Source of the DNA: Auanema rhodensis
Taxonomy: Eukaryota > Animalia > Nematoda
Reading direction: 5' to 3'
Assembly: GCA_964057225.1 (NCBI GenBank)
Contig: OZ059899.1
Span: forward strand, 21,142,001-21,206,000
DNA length: 64,000 bases
Part shown: one piece after another, positions 11,581 to 23,875 of the stretch
Position numbering within the stretch: position 1 is the stretch's first letter
Layout of the letters: the number at the start of each line of letters is the position of its first letter
The notes under the pieces: generated by a model
The model's input: only the letters and a program-made list of their open reading frames with translations
The model's database searches: none
Told to the model about the DNA's origin: nothing
Program-made: the position numbers and the translations under genes

Positions 11581-14500
11581 ACATGGAAACTCAACGTACA
11601 CTAATGCATCATTTTTCAAACGATCATAACTAATTTTTGTATTAAGCGTTTTTCAATGTAGTATAGTGCATTCGATGCGGATTTTTAAGCTGCGTCGATC
11701 TGTGTTATCAGATTTGCGCTAGCTTAAAAATGCACCGAGATATCAACTGATATAAGTTCACACTTATATCCTCGATTTTCACCCTGAAGAATTAATTTTT
11801 TCGTTGAATAACATTGTCCATCGTCTTTGCCTTGAAAAAAGGAATCTAAAAACATCTACTTTTTGCTAAATTATTTTGAAATTTTTTGAAAAAATTTTTG
11901 TCAAAATGTTTTTGGAAGCAATGTTGAGTGTACATGGAAACTCAACATACACTAATGCATCATTTTTCAAACGATCATAACTAATTTTTGTATTAAGCGT
12001 TTCTCAAAGTAGTATAGTGCATTCGATGCGGATTTTTAAGCTGCGTCGATCTGTGTTATCAGATTTGCGCTAGCTTAAAAATGCACCGAGATATCAACTG
12101 ATATAAGTTCACACTTATATCCTCGATTTTCACCCTGAAGAATTAATTTTTTCGTTGAATAACATTGTCCATCGTCTTTGCCTTGAAAAAAGGAATCTAA
12201 AAACATCTACTTTTTGCTAAATTATTTTGAAATTTTTTGAAAAAATTTTTGTCAAAATGTTTTTGGAAGCAATGTTGAGTGTACATGGAAACTCAACATA
12301 CACTAATGCATCATTTTTCAAACGATCATAACTAATTTTTGTATTAAGCGTTTCTCGAAGTAGTATAGTGCATTCGATGCGGATTTTTAAGCTGCGTCGA
12401 TCTGTGTTATCAGATTTGCGCTAGCTTAAAAATGCACCGAGATATCAACTGATATAAGTTCACACTTATATCCTCGATTTTCACCCTGAAGAATTAATTT
12501 TTTCGTTGAATAACATTGTCCATCGTCTTTGCCTTGAAAAAAGGAATCTAAAAACATCTACTTTTTGCTAAATTATTTTGAAATTTTTTGAAAAAATTTT
12601 TGTCAAAATGTTTTTGGAAGCAATGTTGAGTGTACATGGAAACTCAACATACACTAATGCATCATTTTTCAAACGATCATAACTAATTTTTGTATTAAGC
12701 GTTTCTCAATGTAGTATAGTGCATTCGATGCGGATTTTTAAGCTGCGTCGATCTGTGTTATCAGATTTGCGCTAGCTTAAAAATGCACCGAGATATCAAC
12801 TGATATAAGTTCACACTTATATCCTCGATTTTCACCCTGAAGAATTAATTTTTTCGTTGAATAACATTGTCCATCGTCTTTGCCTTGAAAAAAGGAATCT
12901 AAAAACATCTACTTTTTGCTAAATTATTTTGAAATTTTTCGAAAAAATTTTTGTCAAAATGTTTTTGGAAGCAATGTTGAGTGTACATGGAAACTCAACG
13001 TACACTAATGCATCATTTTTCAAACGATCATAACTAATTTTTGTATTAAGCGTTTTTCAATGTAGTATAGTGCATTCGATGCGGATTTTTAAGCTGCGTC
13101 GATCTGTGTTATCAGATTTGCGCTAGCTTAAAAATGCACCGAGATATCAACTAATATAAGTTCACACTTATATCCTCGATTTTCACCCTGAAGAATTAAT
13201 TTTTTCGTTGAATAACAGAGTCCATCGTCTTTGCCTTGAAAAAAGGAATCTAAAAACATCTACTTTTTGCTAAATTATTTTGAAATTTTTCGAAAAAATT
13301 TTTGTCAAAATGTTTTTGGAAGCAATGTTGAGTGTACATGGAAACTCAACGTACACTAATGCATCATTTTTCAAACGATCATAACTAATTTTTGTATTAA
13401 GCGTTTTTCAATGTAGTATAGTGCATTCGATGCGGATTTTTAAGCTGCGTCGATCTGTGTTATCAGATTTGCGCTAGCTTAAAAATGCACCGAGATATCA
13501 ACTAATATAAGTTCACACTTATATCCTCGATTTTCACCCTGAAGAATTAATTTTTTCGTTGAATAACATTGTCCATCGTCTTTGCCTTGAAAAAAGGAAT
13601 CTAAAAACATCTACTTTTTGCTAAATTATTTTGAAATTTTTCGAAAAAATTTTTGTCAAAATGTTTTTGGAAGCAATGTTGAGTGTACATGGAAACTCAA
13701 CGTACACTAATGCATCATTTTTCAAACGATCATAACTAATTTTTGTATTAAGCGTTTCTCAATGTAGTATAGTGCATTCGATGCGGATTTTTAAGCTGCG
13801 TCGATCTGTGTTATCAGATTTGCGCTAGCTTAAAAATGCACCGAGATATCAACTGATATAAGTTCACACTTATATCCTCGATTTTCACCCTGAAGAATTA
13901 ATTTTTTCGTTGAATAACATTGTCCATCGTCTTTGCCTTGAAAAAAGGAATCTAAAAACATCTACTTTTTGCTAAATTATTTTGAAATTTTTCGAAAAAA
14001 TTTTTGTCAAAATGTTTTTGGAAGCAATGTTGAGTGTACATGGAAACTCAACGTACACTAATGCATCATTTTTCAAACGATCATAACTAATTTTTGTATT
14101 GAGCGTTTCTCAATGTAGTATAGTGCATTCGATGCGGATTTTTAAGCTGCGTCGATCTGTGTTATCAGATTTGCGCTAGCTTAAAAATGCACCGAGATAT
14201 CAACTAATATAAGTTCACACTTATATCCTCGATTTTCACCCTGAAGAATTAATTTTTTCGTTGAATAACAAAGTCCATCGTCTTTGCCTTGAAAAAAGGA
14301 ATCTAAAAACATCTACTTTTTGCTAAATTATTTTGAAATTTTTCGAAAAAATTTTTGTCAAAATGTTTTTGGAAGCAATGTTGAGTGTACATGGAAACTC
14401 AACATACACTAAGGCATCATTTTTCAAACGATCATAACTAATTTTTGTATTAAGCGTTTCTCAATATAGTATAGTGCATTCGATGCGGATTTTTAAGCGG

Positions 14501-15090
14501 CGTCGATCTGTATTATTAGATTTGCGCTAGCTTAAAAATGCACCGAGATATCAACTGATATAAGTTCACACTTATATCCTCGATTTTCACCCTGAAGAAT
14601 TAATTTTTTCGTTGAATAACATTGTCCATCGTCTTTGCCTTGAAAAAAGGAATCTAAAAACATCTACTTTTTGCTAAATTATCTTGAAATTTTTTGAAAA
14701 AATTTTTGTCAAAATGTTTTTGGAAGCAATGTTGAGTGTACATGGAAACTCAACATACACTAATGCATCATTTTTCAAACGATCATAACTAATTTTTGTA
14801 TCAAGCGTTTCTCAATGAGTATAGTGCATTCGATGCGGATTTTTAAGCTGCGTCGATCTGTGTTATCAGATTTGCGCTAGCTTAAAAATGCACCGAGATA
14901 TCAACTGATATAAGTTCACACTTATATCCTCGATTTTCACCCTGAAGAATTAATTTTTTCGTTGAATAACAATGTCCATCGTCTTTGCCTTGAAAAAAGG
15001 AATCTAAAAACATCTACTTTCTGCTAAATTATTTTGAATTTTTTCGAAAAAAATTTTTGTCAAAATGTTTTTGGAAGCAATGTTGAGTGT

Positions 15091-15354
15091 ACATGGAAAC
15101 TCAACATACACTAAGGCATCATTTTTCAAACGATCATAACTAATTTTTGTATTAAGCGTTTCTCAATATAGTATAGTGCATTCGATGCGGATTTTTAAGC
15201 TTCACCCTGAAGAATTAATTTTTTCGTTGAATAACATTGTCCATCGTCTTTGCCTTGAAAGAAGGAATCTAAAAACATCTACTTTTTGCTAAATTATTTT
15301 GAAATTTTTTGAAAAAATTTTTGTCAAAATGTTTTTGGAAGCAATGTTGAGTGT
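15091..15354 (+). repeat. 264-bp deletion-variant monomer (87-bp deletion of monomer positions about 111-197), first of 10 copies
   Basis: Junction ATTTTTAAGC|TTCACCCTG. The resulting AAGCTT occurs at 15197, 16164, 20291, 21259, 23982, 25302, 26622, 27942, 29965 and 55868. Confidence 0.97.
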
Positions 15355-18300
15355 ACATGGAAACTCAACATACACTAATGCATCATTTTTCAAACGATCA
15401 TAACTAATTTTTGTATCAAGCGTTTCTCAATGAGTATAGTGCATTCGATGCGGCTTTTTAAGCTGCGTCGATCTGTGTTATCAGATTTGCGCTAGCTTAA
15501 AAATGCACCGAGATATCAACTGATATAAGTTCACACTTATATCCTCGATTTTCACCCTGAAGAATTAATTTTTTCGTTGAATAACATTGTCCATCGTCTT
15601 TGCCTTGAAAAAAGGAATCTAAAAACATCTACTTTTTGCTAAATTATTTTGAATTTTTTCGAAAAAAATTTTTGTCAAAATGTTTTTGGAAGCAATGTTG
15701 AGTGTACATGGAAACTCAACATACACTAAGGCATCATTTTTCAAACGATCATAACGAATTTTTGTATTAAGCGTTTCTCAATGTAGTATAGTGCATTCGA
15801 TGCGAATTTTTAAGCTGCGTCGATCTGTGTTATCAGATTTGCGCTAGCTTAAAAATGCACCGAGATATCAACTGATATAAGTTCACACTTATATCCTCGA
15901 TTTTCACCCTGAAGAATTAATTTTTTCGTTGAATAACATTGTCCATCGTCTTTGCCTTGAAAAAAGGAATCTAAAAACATCTACTTTTTGCTAAATTATT
16001 TTGAATTTTTTCGAAAAAAAATTTTGTCAAAATGTTTTTGGAAGCAATGTTGAGTGTACATGGAAACTCAACGTACACTAAGGCATCATTTTTCAAACGA
16101 TCATAACTAATTTTTGTATTAAGCGTTTCTCAATGTAGTATAGTGCATTCGATGCAAATTTTTAAGCTTCACCCTGAAGAATTAATTTTTTCGTTGAATA
16201 ACATTGTCCATCGTCTTTGCCTTGAAAGAAGGAATCTAAAAACATCTACTTTTTGCTAAATTATTTTGAAATTTTTTGAAAAAATTTTTGTCAAAATGTT
16301 TTTGGAAGCAATGTTGAGTGTACATGGAAACTCAACATACACTAATGCATCATTTTTCAAACGATCATAACTAATTTTTGTATCAAGCGTTTCTCAATGA
16401 GTATAGTGCATTCGATGCGGCTTTTTAAGCTGCGTCGATCTGTGTTATCAGATTTGCGCTAGCTTAAAAATGCACCGAGATATCAACTGATATAAGTTCA
16501 CACTTATATCCTCGATTTTCACCCTGAAGAATTAATTTTTTCGTTGAATAACATTGTCCATCGTCTTTGCCTTGAAAAAAGGAATCTAAAAACATCTACT
16601 TTTTGCTAAATTATTTTGAATTTTTTCGAAAAAAATTTTTGTCAAAATGTTTTTGGAAGCAATGTTGAGTGTACATGGAAACTCAACATACAATAAGGCA
16701 TCATTTTTCAAACGATCATAACGAATTTTTGTATTAAGCGTTTCTCAATGTAGTATAGTGCATTCGATGCGAATTTTTAAGCTGCGTCGATCTGTGTTAT
16801 CAGATTTGCGCTAGCTTAAAAATGCACCGAGATATCAACTGATATAAGTTCACACTTATATCCTCGATTTTCACCCTGAAGAATTAATTTTTTCGTTGAA
16901 TAACATTGTCCATCGTCTTTGCCTTGAAAAAAGGAATCTAAAAACATCTACTTTTTGCTAAATTATTTTGAATTTTTTCGAAAAAAATTTTTGTCAAAAT
17001 GTTTTTGGAAGCAATGTTGAGTGTACATGGAAACTCAACATACACTAAGGCATCATTTTTCAAACGATCATAACTAATTTTTGTATTAAGCGTTTCTCAA
17101 TGTAGTATAGTGCATTCGATGCGAATTTTTAAGCTGCGTCGATCTGTGTTATCAGATTTGCGCTAGCTTAAAAATGCACCGAGATATCAACTGATATAAG
17201 TTCACACTTATATCCTCGATTTTCACCCTGAAGAATTAATTTTTTCGTTGAATAACATTGTCCATCGTCTTTGCCTTGAAAAATGGAATCTAAAAACATC
17301 TACTTTTTGCTAAATTATTTTGAAATTTTTTGAAAAAATTTTTGTCAAAATGTTTTTGGAAGCAATGTTGAGTGTACATGGAAACTCAACATACACTAAT
17401 GCATCATTTTTCAAACGATCATAACTAATTTTTGTATTAAGCGTTTCTCAATGTAGTATAGTGCATTCGATGCGGATTTTTAAGCTGCGTCGATCTGTGT
17501 TATCAGATTTGCGCTAGCTTAAAAATGCACCGAGATATCAACTAATATAAGTTCACACTTATATCCTCGATTTTCACCCTGAAGAATTAATTTTTTCGTT
17601 GAATAACAAAGTCCATCGTCTTTGCCTTGAAAAAAGGAATCTAAAAACATCTACTTTTTGCTAAATTATTTTGAAATTTTTCGAAAAAATTTTTGTCAAA
17701 ATGTTTTTGGAAGCAATGTTGAGTGTACATGGAAACTCAACATACACTAAGGCATCATTTTTCAAACGATCATAACTAATTTTTGTATTAAGCGTTTCTC
17801 AATATAGTATAGTGCATTCGATGCGGATTTTTAAGCTGCGTCGATCTGTATTATTAGATTTGCGCTAGCTTAAAAATGCACCGAGATATCAACTAATATA
17901 AGTTCACACTTATATCCTCGATTTTCACCCTGAAGAATTAATTTTTTCGTTGAATAACAAAGTCCATCGTCTTTGCCTTGAAAAAAGGAATCTAAAAACA
18001 TCTACTTTTTGCTAAATTATTTTGAAATTTTTCGAAAAAATTTTTGTCAAAATGTTTTTGGAAGCAATGTTGAGTGTACATGGAAACTCAACATACACTA
18101 AGGCATCATTTTTCAAACGATCATAACTAATTTTTGTATTAAGCGTTTCTCAATATAGTATAGTGCATTCGATGCGGATTTTTAAGCTGCGTCGATCTGT
18201 ATTATTAGATTTGCGCTAGCTTAAAAATGCACCGAGATATCAACTGATATAAGTTCACACTTATATCCTCGATTTTCACCCTGAAGAATTAATTTTTTCG

Positions 18301-20740
18301 TTGAATAACATTGTCCATCGTCTTTGCCTTGAAAAAAGGAATCTAAAAACATCTACTTTTTGCTAAATTATTTTGAAATTTTTTGAAAAAATTTTTGTCA
18401 AAATGTTTTTGGAAGCAATGTTGAGTGTACATGGAAACTCAACATACACTAATGCATCATTTTTCAAACGATCATAACTAATTTTTGTATTAAGCGTTTC
18501 TCAAAGTAGTATAGTGCATTCGATGCGGATTTTTAAGCTGCGTCGATCTGTGTTATCAGATTTGCGCTAGCTTAAAAATGCACCGAGATATCAACTGATA
18601 TAAGTTCACACTTATATCCTCGATTTTCACCCTGAAGAATTAATTTTTTCGTTGAATAACATTGTCCATCGTCTTTGCCTTGAAAAAAGGAATCTAAAAA
18701 CATCTATTTTTTGCTAAATTATTTTGAAATTTTTTGAAAAAATTTTTGTCAAAATGTTTTTGGAAGCAATGTTGACTGCACATGGAAACTCAACATACAC
18801 TAATGCATCATTTTTCAAACGATCATAACTAATTTTTGTATTAAGCGTTTTTCAATGTAGTATAGTGCATTCGATGCGGATTTTTAAGCTGCGTCGATCT
18901 GTGTTATCAGATTTGCGCTAGCTTAAAAATGCACCGAGATATCAACTAATATAAGTTCACACTTATATCCTCGATTTTCACCCTGAAGAATTAATTTTTT
19001 CGTTGAATAACATTGTCCATCGTCTTTGCCTTGAAAAAAGGAATCTAAAAACATCTATTTTTTGCTAAATTATTTTGAAATTTTTTGAAAAAATTTTTGT
19101 CAAAATGTTTTTGGAAGCAATGTTGACTGTACATGGAAACTCAACATACACTAATGCATCATTTTTCAAACGATCATAACTAATTTTTGTATTAAGCGTT
19201 TTTCAATGTAGTATAGTGCATTCGATGCGGATTTTTAAGCTGCGTCGATCTGTGTTATCAGATTTGCGCTAGCTTAAAAATGCACCGAGATATCAACTAA
19301 TATAAGTTCACACTTATATCCTCGATTTTCACCCTGAAGAATTAATTTTTTCGTTGAATAACAAAGTCCATCGTCTTTGCCTTGAAAAAAGGAATCTAAA
19401 AACATCTACTTTTTGCTAAATTATTTTGAAATTTTTCGAAAAAATTTTTGTCAAAATGTTTTTGGAAGCAATGTTGAGTGTACATGGAAACTCAACGTAC
19501 ACTAATGCATCATTTTTCAAACGATCATAACTAATTTTTGTATTAAGCGTTTCTCAATGTAGTATAGTGCATTCGATGCGGATTTTTAAGCTGCGTCGAT
19601 CTGTGTTATCAGTATTGCGCTAGCTTAAAAATGCACCGAGATATCAACTGATATAAGTTCACACTTATATCCTCGATTTTCACCCTGAAGAATTAATTTT
19701 TTCGTTGAATAACATTGTCCATCGTCTTTGCCTTGAAAAAAGGAATCTAAAAACATCTACTTTTTGCTAAATTATTTTGAAATTTTTTGAAAAAATTTTT
19801 GTCAAAATGTTTTTGGAAGCAATGTTGAGTGTACATGGAAACTCAACATACACTAATGCATCATTTTTCAAACGATCATAACTAATTTTTGTATTAAGCG
19901 TTTCTCAAAGTAGTATAGTGCATTCGATGCGGATTTTTAAGCTGCGTCGATCTGTGTTATCAGATTTGCGCTAGCTTAAAAATGCACCGAGATATCAACT
20001 GATATAAGTTCACACTTATATCCTCGATTTTCACCCTGAAGAATTAATTTTTTCGTTGAATAACATTGTCCATCGTCTTTGCCTTGAAAAAAGGAATCTA
20101 AAAACATCTACTTTTTGCTAAATTATTTTGAATTTTTTCGAAAAAAATTTTTGTCAAAATGTTTTTGGAAGCAATGTTGAGTGTACATGGAAACTCAACG
20201 TACACTAAGGCATCATTTTTCAAACGATCATAACTAATTTTTGTATTAAGCGTTTCTCAATGTAGTATAGTGCATTCGATGCAAATTTTTAAGCTTCACC
20301 CTGAAGAATTAATTTTTTCGTTGAATAACATTGTCCATCGTCATTGCCTTGAAAGAAGGAATCTAAAAACATCTACTTTTTGCTAAATTATTTTGAAATT
20401 TTTTGAAAAAATTTTTGTCAAAATGTTTTTGGAAGCAATGTTGAGTGTACATGGAAACTCAACATACACTAAGGCATCATTTTTCAAACGATCATAACGA
20501 ATTTTTGTATTAAGCGTTTCTCAATGTAGTATAGTGCATTCGATGCGAATTTTTAAGCTGCGTCGATCTGTGTTATCAGATTTGCGCTAGCTTAAAAATG
20601 CACCGAGATATCAACTGATATAAGTTCACACTTATATCCTCGATTTTCACCCTGAAGAATTAATTTTTTCGTTGAATAACATTGTCCATCGTCTTTGCCT
20701 TGAAAAAAGAAATCTAAAAACATCTACTTTTTGCTAAATT

Positions 20741-20770
20741 ATTTTGAAATTTTTCGAAAAATTTCAAAAT
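20741..20770. other. Perfect 30-bp palindrome in the 352-bp monomer subfamily (first copy)
   Basis: ATTTTGAAATTTTTC|GAAAAATTTCAAAAT is self-complementary. It is also at 22060, 28743, 30767, 31119, 32174, 57021, 58076, 59130, 60185, 61239, 61591, 61943 and 62997. Mutated copies lie at 31471, 56669, 57373 and 59482. Confidence 0.95.
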
Positions 20771-23700
20771 CAAAATGTTTTTGGAAGCAATGTTGAGTGT
20801 ACATGGAAACTCAACATACACTAATGCATCATTTTTCAAACGATCATAACTAATTTTTGTATTAAGCGTTTCTCAATGTAGTATAGTGCATTCGATGCGG
20901 ATTTTTAAGCTGCGTCGATCTGTGTTATCAGATTTGCGCTAGCTTAAAAATGCACCGAGATATCAACTGATATAAGTTCACACTTATATCCTCGATTTTC
21001 ACCCTGAAGAATTAATTTTTTCGTTGAATAACATTGTCCATCGTCTTTGCCTTGAAAAAAGGAATCTAAAAACATCTACTTTTTGCTAAATTATTTTGAA
21101 TTTTTTCGAAAAAAATTTTTGTCAAAATGTTTTTGGAAGCAATGTTGAGTGTACATGGAAACTCAACGTACACTAAGGCATCATTTTTCAAACGATCATA
21201 ACTAATTTTTGTATTAAGCGTTTTTCAATGTAGTATAGTGCATTCGATGCAAATTTTTAAGCTTCACCCTGAAGAATTAATTTTTTCGTTGAATAACATT
21301 GTCCATCGTCTTTGCCTTGAAAGAAGGAATCTAAAAACATCTACTTTTTGCTAAATTATTTTGAAATTTTTTGAAAAAATTTTTGTCAAAATGTTTTTGG
21401 AAGTAATGTTGAGTGTACATGGAAACTCAACATACACTAATGCATCATTTTTCAAACGATCATAACTAATTTTTGTATCAAGCGTTTCTCAATGAGTATA
21501 GTGCATTCGATGCGGCTTTTTAAGCTGCGTCGATCTGTGTTATCAGATTTGCGCTAGCTTAAAAATGCACCGAGATATCAACTGATATAAGTTCACACTT
21601 ATATCCTCGATTTTCACCCTGAAGAATTAATTTTTTCGTTGAATAACATTGTCCATCGTCTTTGCCTTGAAAAAAGGAATCTAAAAACATCTACTTTTTG
21701 CTAAATTATTTTGAATTTTTTCGAAAAAAATTTTTGTCAAAATGTTTTTGGAAGCAATGTTGAGTGTACATGGAAACTCAACATACACTAAGGCATCATT
21801 TTTCAAACGATCATAACGAATTTTTGTATTAAGCGTTTCTCAATGTAGTATAGTGCATTCGATGCGAATTTTTAAGCTGCGTCGATCTGTGTTATCAGAT
21901 TTGCGCTAGCTTAAAAATGCACCGAGATATCAACTGATATAAGTTCACACTTATATCCTCGATTTTCACCCTGAAGAATTAATTTTTTCGTTGAATAACA
22001 TTGTCCATCGTCTTTGCCTTGAAAAAAGAAATCTAAAAACATCTACTTTTTGCTAAATTATTTTGAAATTTTTCGAAAAATTTCAAAATCAAAATGTTTT
22101 TGGAAGCAATGTTGAGTGTACATGGAAACTCAACATACACTAATGCATCATTTTTCAAACGATCATAACTAATTTTTGTATTAAGCGTTTCTCAATGTAG
22201 TATAGTGCATTCGATGCGGATTTTTAAGCTGCGTCGATCTGTGTTATCAGATTTGCGCTAGCTTAAAAATGCACCGAGATATCAACTGATATAAGTTCAC
22301 ACTTATATCCTCGATTTTCACCCTGAAGAATTAATTTTTTCGTTGAATAACATTGTCCATCGTCTTTGCCTTGAAAAAAGGAATCTAAAAACATCTACTT
22401 TTTGCTAAATTATTTTGAAATTTTTCGAAAAAATTTTTGTCAAAATGTTTTTGGAAGCAATGTTGAGTGTACATGGAAACTCAACATACACTAAGGCATC
22501 ATTTTTCAAACGATCATAACGAATTTTTGTATTAAGCGTTTCTCAATGTAGTATAGTGCATTCGATGCGAATTTTTAAGCTGCGTCGATCTGTGTTATCA
22601 GATTTGCGCTAGCTTAAAAATGCACCGAGATATCAACTGATATAAGTTCACACTTATATCCTCGATTTTCACCCTGAAGAATTAATTTTTTCGTTGAATA
22701 ACATTGTCCATCGTCTTTGCCTTGAAAAAAGGAATCTAAAAACATCTACTTTTTGCTAAATTATTTTGAAATTTTTCGAAAAAATTTTTGTCAAAATGTT
22801 TTTGGAAGCAATGTTGAGTGTACATGGAAACTCAACATACACTAATGCATCATTTTTCAAACGATCATAACTAATTTTTGTATTAAGCGTTTCTCAATGT
22901 AGTATAGTGCATTCGATGCGGATTTTTAAGCTGCGTCGATCTGTGTTATCAGATTTGCGCTAGCTTAAAAATGCACCGAGATATCAACTGATATAAGTTC
23001 ACACTTATATCCTCGATTTTCACCCTGAAGAATTAATTTTTTCGTTGAATAACATTGTCCATCGTCTTTGCCTTGAAAAAAGGAATCTAAAAACATCTAC
23101 TTTTTGCTAAATTATTTTGAAATTTTTCGAAAAAATTTTTGTCAAAATGTTTTTGGAAGCAATGTTGAGTGTACATGGAAACTCAACGTACACTAATGCA
23201 TCATTTTTCAAACGATCATAACTAATTTTTGTATTAAGCGTTTCTCAATATAGTATAGTGCATTCGATGCGGATTTTTAAGCTGCGTCGATCTGTATTAT
23301 TAGATTTGCGCTAGCTTAAAAATGCACCGAGATATCAACTGATATAAGTTCACACTTATATCCTCGATTTTCACCCTGAAGAATTAATTTTTTCGTTGAA
23401 TAACATTGTCCATCGTCTTTGCCTTGAAAAAAGGAATCTAAAAACATCTATTTTTTGCTAAATTATTTTGAAATTTTTTGAAAAAATTTTTGTCAAAATG
23501 TTTTTGGAAGCAATGTTGACTGTACATGGAAACTCAACATACACTAATGCATCATTTTTCAAACGATCATAACTAATTTTTGTATTAAGCGTTTTTCAAT
23601 GTAGTATAGTGCATTCGATGCGGATTTTTAAGCTGCGTCGATCTGTGTTATCAGATTTGCGCTAGCTTAAAAATGCACCGAGATATCAACTGATATAAGT

Positions 23701-23875
23701 TCACACTTATATCCTCGATTTTCACCCTGAAGAATTAATTTTTTCGTTGAATAACATTGTCCATCGTCTTTGCCTTGAAAAAAGGAATCTAAAAACATCT
23801 ACTTTTTGCTAAATTATTTTGAATTTTTTCGAAAAAAATTTTTGTCAAAATGTTTTTGGAAGCAATGTTGAGTGT

